Assembly: GCA_039809385.1 (NCBI GenBank)
Contig: JBDHUY010000019.1
Location: 1 to 28,326, forward strand
From: Candidatus Altimarinota bacterium
Lineage (GTDB): Bacteria; Patescibacteriota; Gracilibacteria; JBDHUY01
Direction of reading: 5' to 3'
DNA length: 28,326 nucleotides
Part shown: positions 27,070 to 28,326 of the stretch, in pieces
Position numbering within the stretch: position 1 is the first letter of the stretch
Layout of the letters: every line of letters begins with the position of its first letter
The notes under the pieces: model-generated
What the model saw: the letters and a program-made list of their open reading frames with translations, nothing else
The model's database searches: none
Told to the model about the DNA's origin: nothing
Made by a program: the position numbers and the translations under genes

Positions 27070-28254
27070 TCACGTTTTTCGTAATTCTTTCACAATTGAT
27101 CCAAGGGTTTTGCCGGCTGTTTCGATATCGGGGAGGATCGTATTTTTACTCAAAGTAATGCGGATAGACGAGTCTATTTCTTCCGGATGCAAATGTAACG
27201 CCTGCAATACATGCGAGGATTGATCCTGATTTACGCTGCAAGCCGATCCCGTCGAGACTGCGATTCCTGCGAGGTCCAGTCGGATCAGTAGTGTTTCGGC
27301 CCGTATTCCGGGGATGTGTATATTCAAATTATTGGGTAAGCGGTCTGAAGGAGAGCCGTTTATACGAACGTCCGGAATTTCTGTGCGCAGAATTTGCCAC
27401 AGGGTTTCTCGTATATCAAAAACATGAGTGGCATATGCGGATCTGTTTTTCTCGATCAATTCCATCGCTATGCCCATGCCGACAATTCCACCGACATTTT
27501 GCGTCCCCGCCCGCAGTCCGAATTCCTGCCCGCCGCCCACCAGGAGTGGCTCTATTTTTGTTCCGATTCGATCTGATTTGCGGATATATAATAATCCGAC
27601 CCCTTTGGGCCCATAGAATTTATGCGCAGAGAGGGTTAATGCGTCGACTCGTAGAGGCGAAAGATTTTCAGCCCCTACGACCGGATCGGGGTACATTTTG
27701 CAAGGATAATACCCATAATATTGTACTGCGTCAGTATGAAAGAATATGTTTTTTTGATGCGCGATTTCAGCCATTTCCTGTATTGGCTGAAGCGTACCGA
27801 TCTCATTGTTGGCGGCCATGATCGAGGCTAGAATCGTTTCTTTTGTGCATGCTTTTTCAAACGATTCGACGCTAACCAGTCCGTCAGGATTGACCGGCAG
27901 ATACGTGACGCTAAATCCTTCATTTTCCAAAACACTACACGCCCGTAAAATGCAGTCGTGCTCGATCATCGAGGTAATAATATGATTTCCGCGGGCACGG
28001 TTGGCCCGGGCATAACCAAGCAGGATCGTATTGTTGCTTTCGGTTGCCGAACCGGTGAACACGATCTCATCCAGTTCGCAGCCGAGCGCGTTTGCCGCCT
28101 GCTGCCGGGCACTGTTTAGGGCCACGTGGGCCTGCTGTCCGAAGCGGTGAGCCGAGGAAGGGTTTCCGAATGTATCCGTAAAATAAGGAAGCATGGCTTC
28201 CCGTACGGCAGGATCGACCGGGGTGGTGGCGGCGTTGTCGAGATAGATAGACAT
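27070..28254 (-). CDS. iscS: Cysteine desulfurase (IscS/NifS group I)
   Basis: 'YLDNAATTP', 'GNPSS', 'HTDAVQ', PLP lysine 'SAHKFYGPKG' and catalytic 'STGSACS'. The start is ATG 28254. Confidence 0.95.
   Translation of the reverse strand: MSIYLDNAATTPVDPAVREAMLPYFTDTFGNPSSAHRFGQQAHVALNSARQQAANALGCELDEIVFTGSATESNNTILLGYARANRARGNHIITSMIEHDCILRACSVLENEGFSVTYLPVNPDGLVSVESFEKACTKETILASIMAANNEIGTLQPIQEMAEIAHQKNIFFHTDAVQYYGYYPCKMYPDPVVGAENLSPLRVDALTLSAHKFYGPKGVGLLYIRKSDRIGTKIEPLLVGGGQEFGLRAGTQNVGGIVGMGIAMELIEKNRSAYATHVFDIRETLWQILRTEIPDVRINGSPSDRLPNNLNIHIPGIRAETLLIRLDLAGIAVSTGSACSVNQDQSSHVLQALHLHPEEIDSSIRITLSKNTILPDIETAGKTLGSIVKELRKT
27649..27680. repeat. GTAG-type REP hairpin inside iscS coding sequence
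   Basis: TCGTAGAGGC-GAAAGATTTTCA-GCCCCTACGA, 10-bp arms with one mismatch. Confidence 0.8.
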
Positions 28255-28261
28255 GGGGCTG

Positions 28262-28326
28262 GTCAAAAGTACTAAGTCAAAAGTACTAAGTCAAAAGTAC
28301 TAAGTCAAAAGTACTAAGTCAAAAGT
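28262..28326. repeat. Perfect 14-bp tandem repeat (GTCAAAAGTACTAA)n, running off the window end
   Basis: Four full copies plus 9 bp, with no spacers. Confidence 0.97.

Noticed and set aside
300-27821. Numerous short overlapping ORFs in the six-frame track (e.g. 1582-2055, 10750-11265, 22115-22645, 26254-26790, 27291-27821)
   Set aside because: They are shadow or alternate-frame ORFs inside well-supported genes and have no recognisable motifs.
28262-28326. CRISPR array
   Set aside because: The units are contiguous 14-mers with no spacers, and there are no cas genes in the window.
1-28326. Alternative genetic code 25 (TGA=Gly, Gracilibacteria/Absconditabacteria)
   Set aside because: Long genes are uninterrupted under code 11, and several end at TGA with tight coupling (ATGA, TGATG).

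Overview
Bacterial window, standard genetic code 11, probably from a Patescibacteria/CPR-type genome (inferred from gene content and intergenic repeat style). It has three blocks. (1) 155-9800, minus strand: a zinc-starvation locus with znuB, a YibE/F membrane protein, znuC, znuA and a Fur/Zur-family regulator. Upstream of these is a lower-GC four-gene cassette: CooC/MinD-like ATPase, divergent PvcA/Dit1-like isonitrile synthase, HAD phosphatase, and an extended COG0523/CobW GTPase. Both the cassette and the regulator gene lie behind TTGACA promoters that carry a GCAAC-N3-(G/T)TTGC operator palindrome in the same register. My best candidate for an undescribed system is this Zur-controlled, possibly isonitrile-metallophore or metal-delivery module. 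(2) 9887-15157, plus strand: ahpC peroxiredoxin, then a LysM protein, a 982-aa membrane-anchored protein with a Legionella WipA/WipB-like metallophosphatase domain, and a CPxC membrane protein. (3) 15224-28254, minus strand: a lipid-linked glycosylation locus (four GT-C enzymes, two polyprenol-phosphate sugar synthases, one fused to GtrA, phosphomannomutase, flippase-like protein) and iscS/nifS, which carries an in-frame REP-like hairpin insertion. Intergenic DNA contains REP-like hairpins and heptamer repeat tracts. All calls come from motif recognition by eye; no searches were run.
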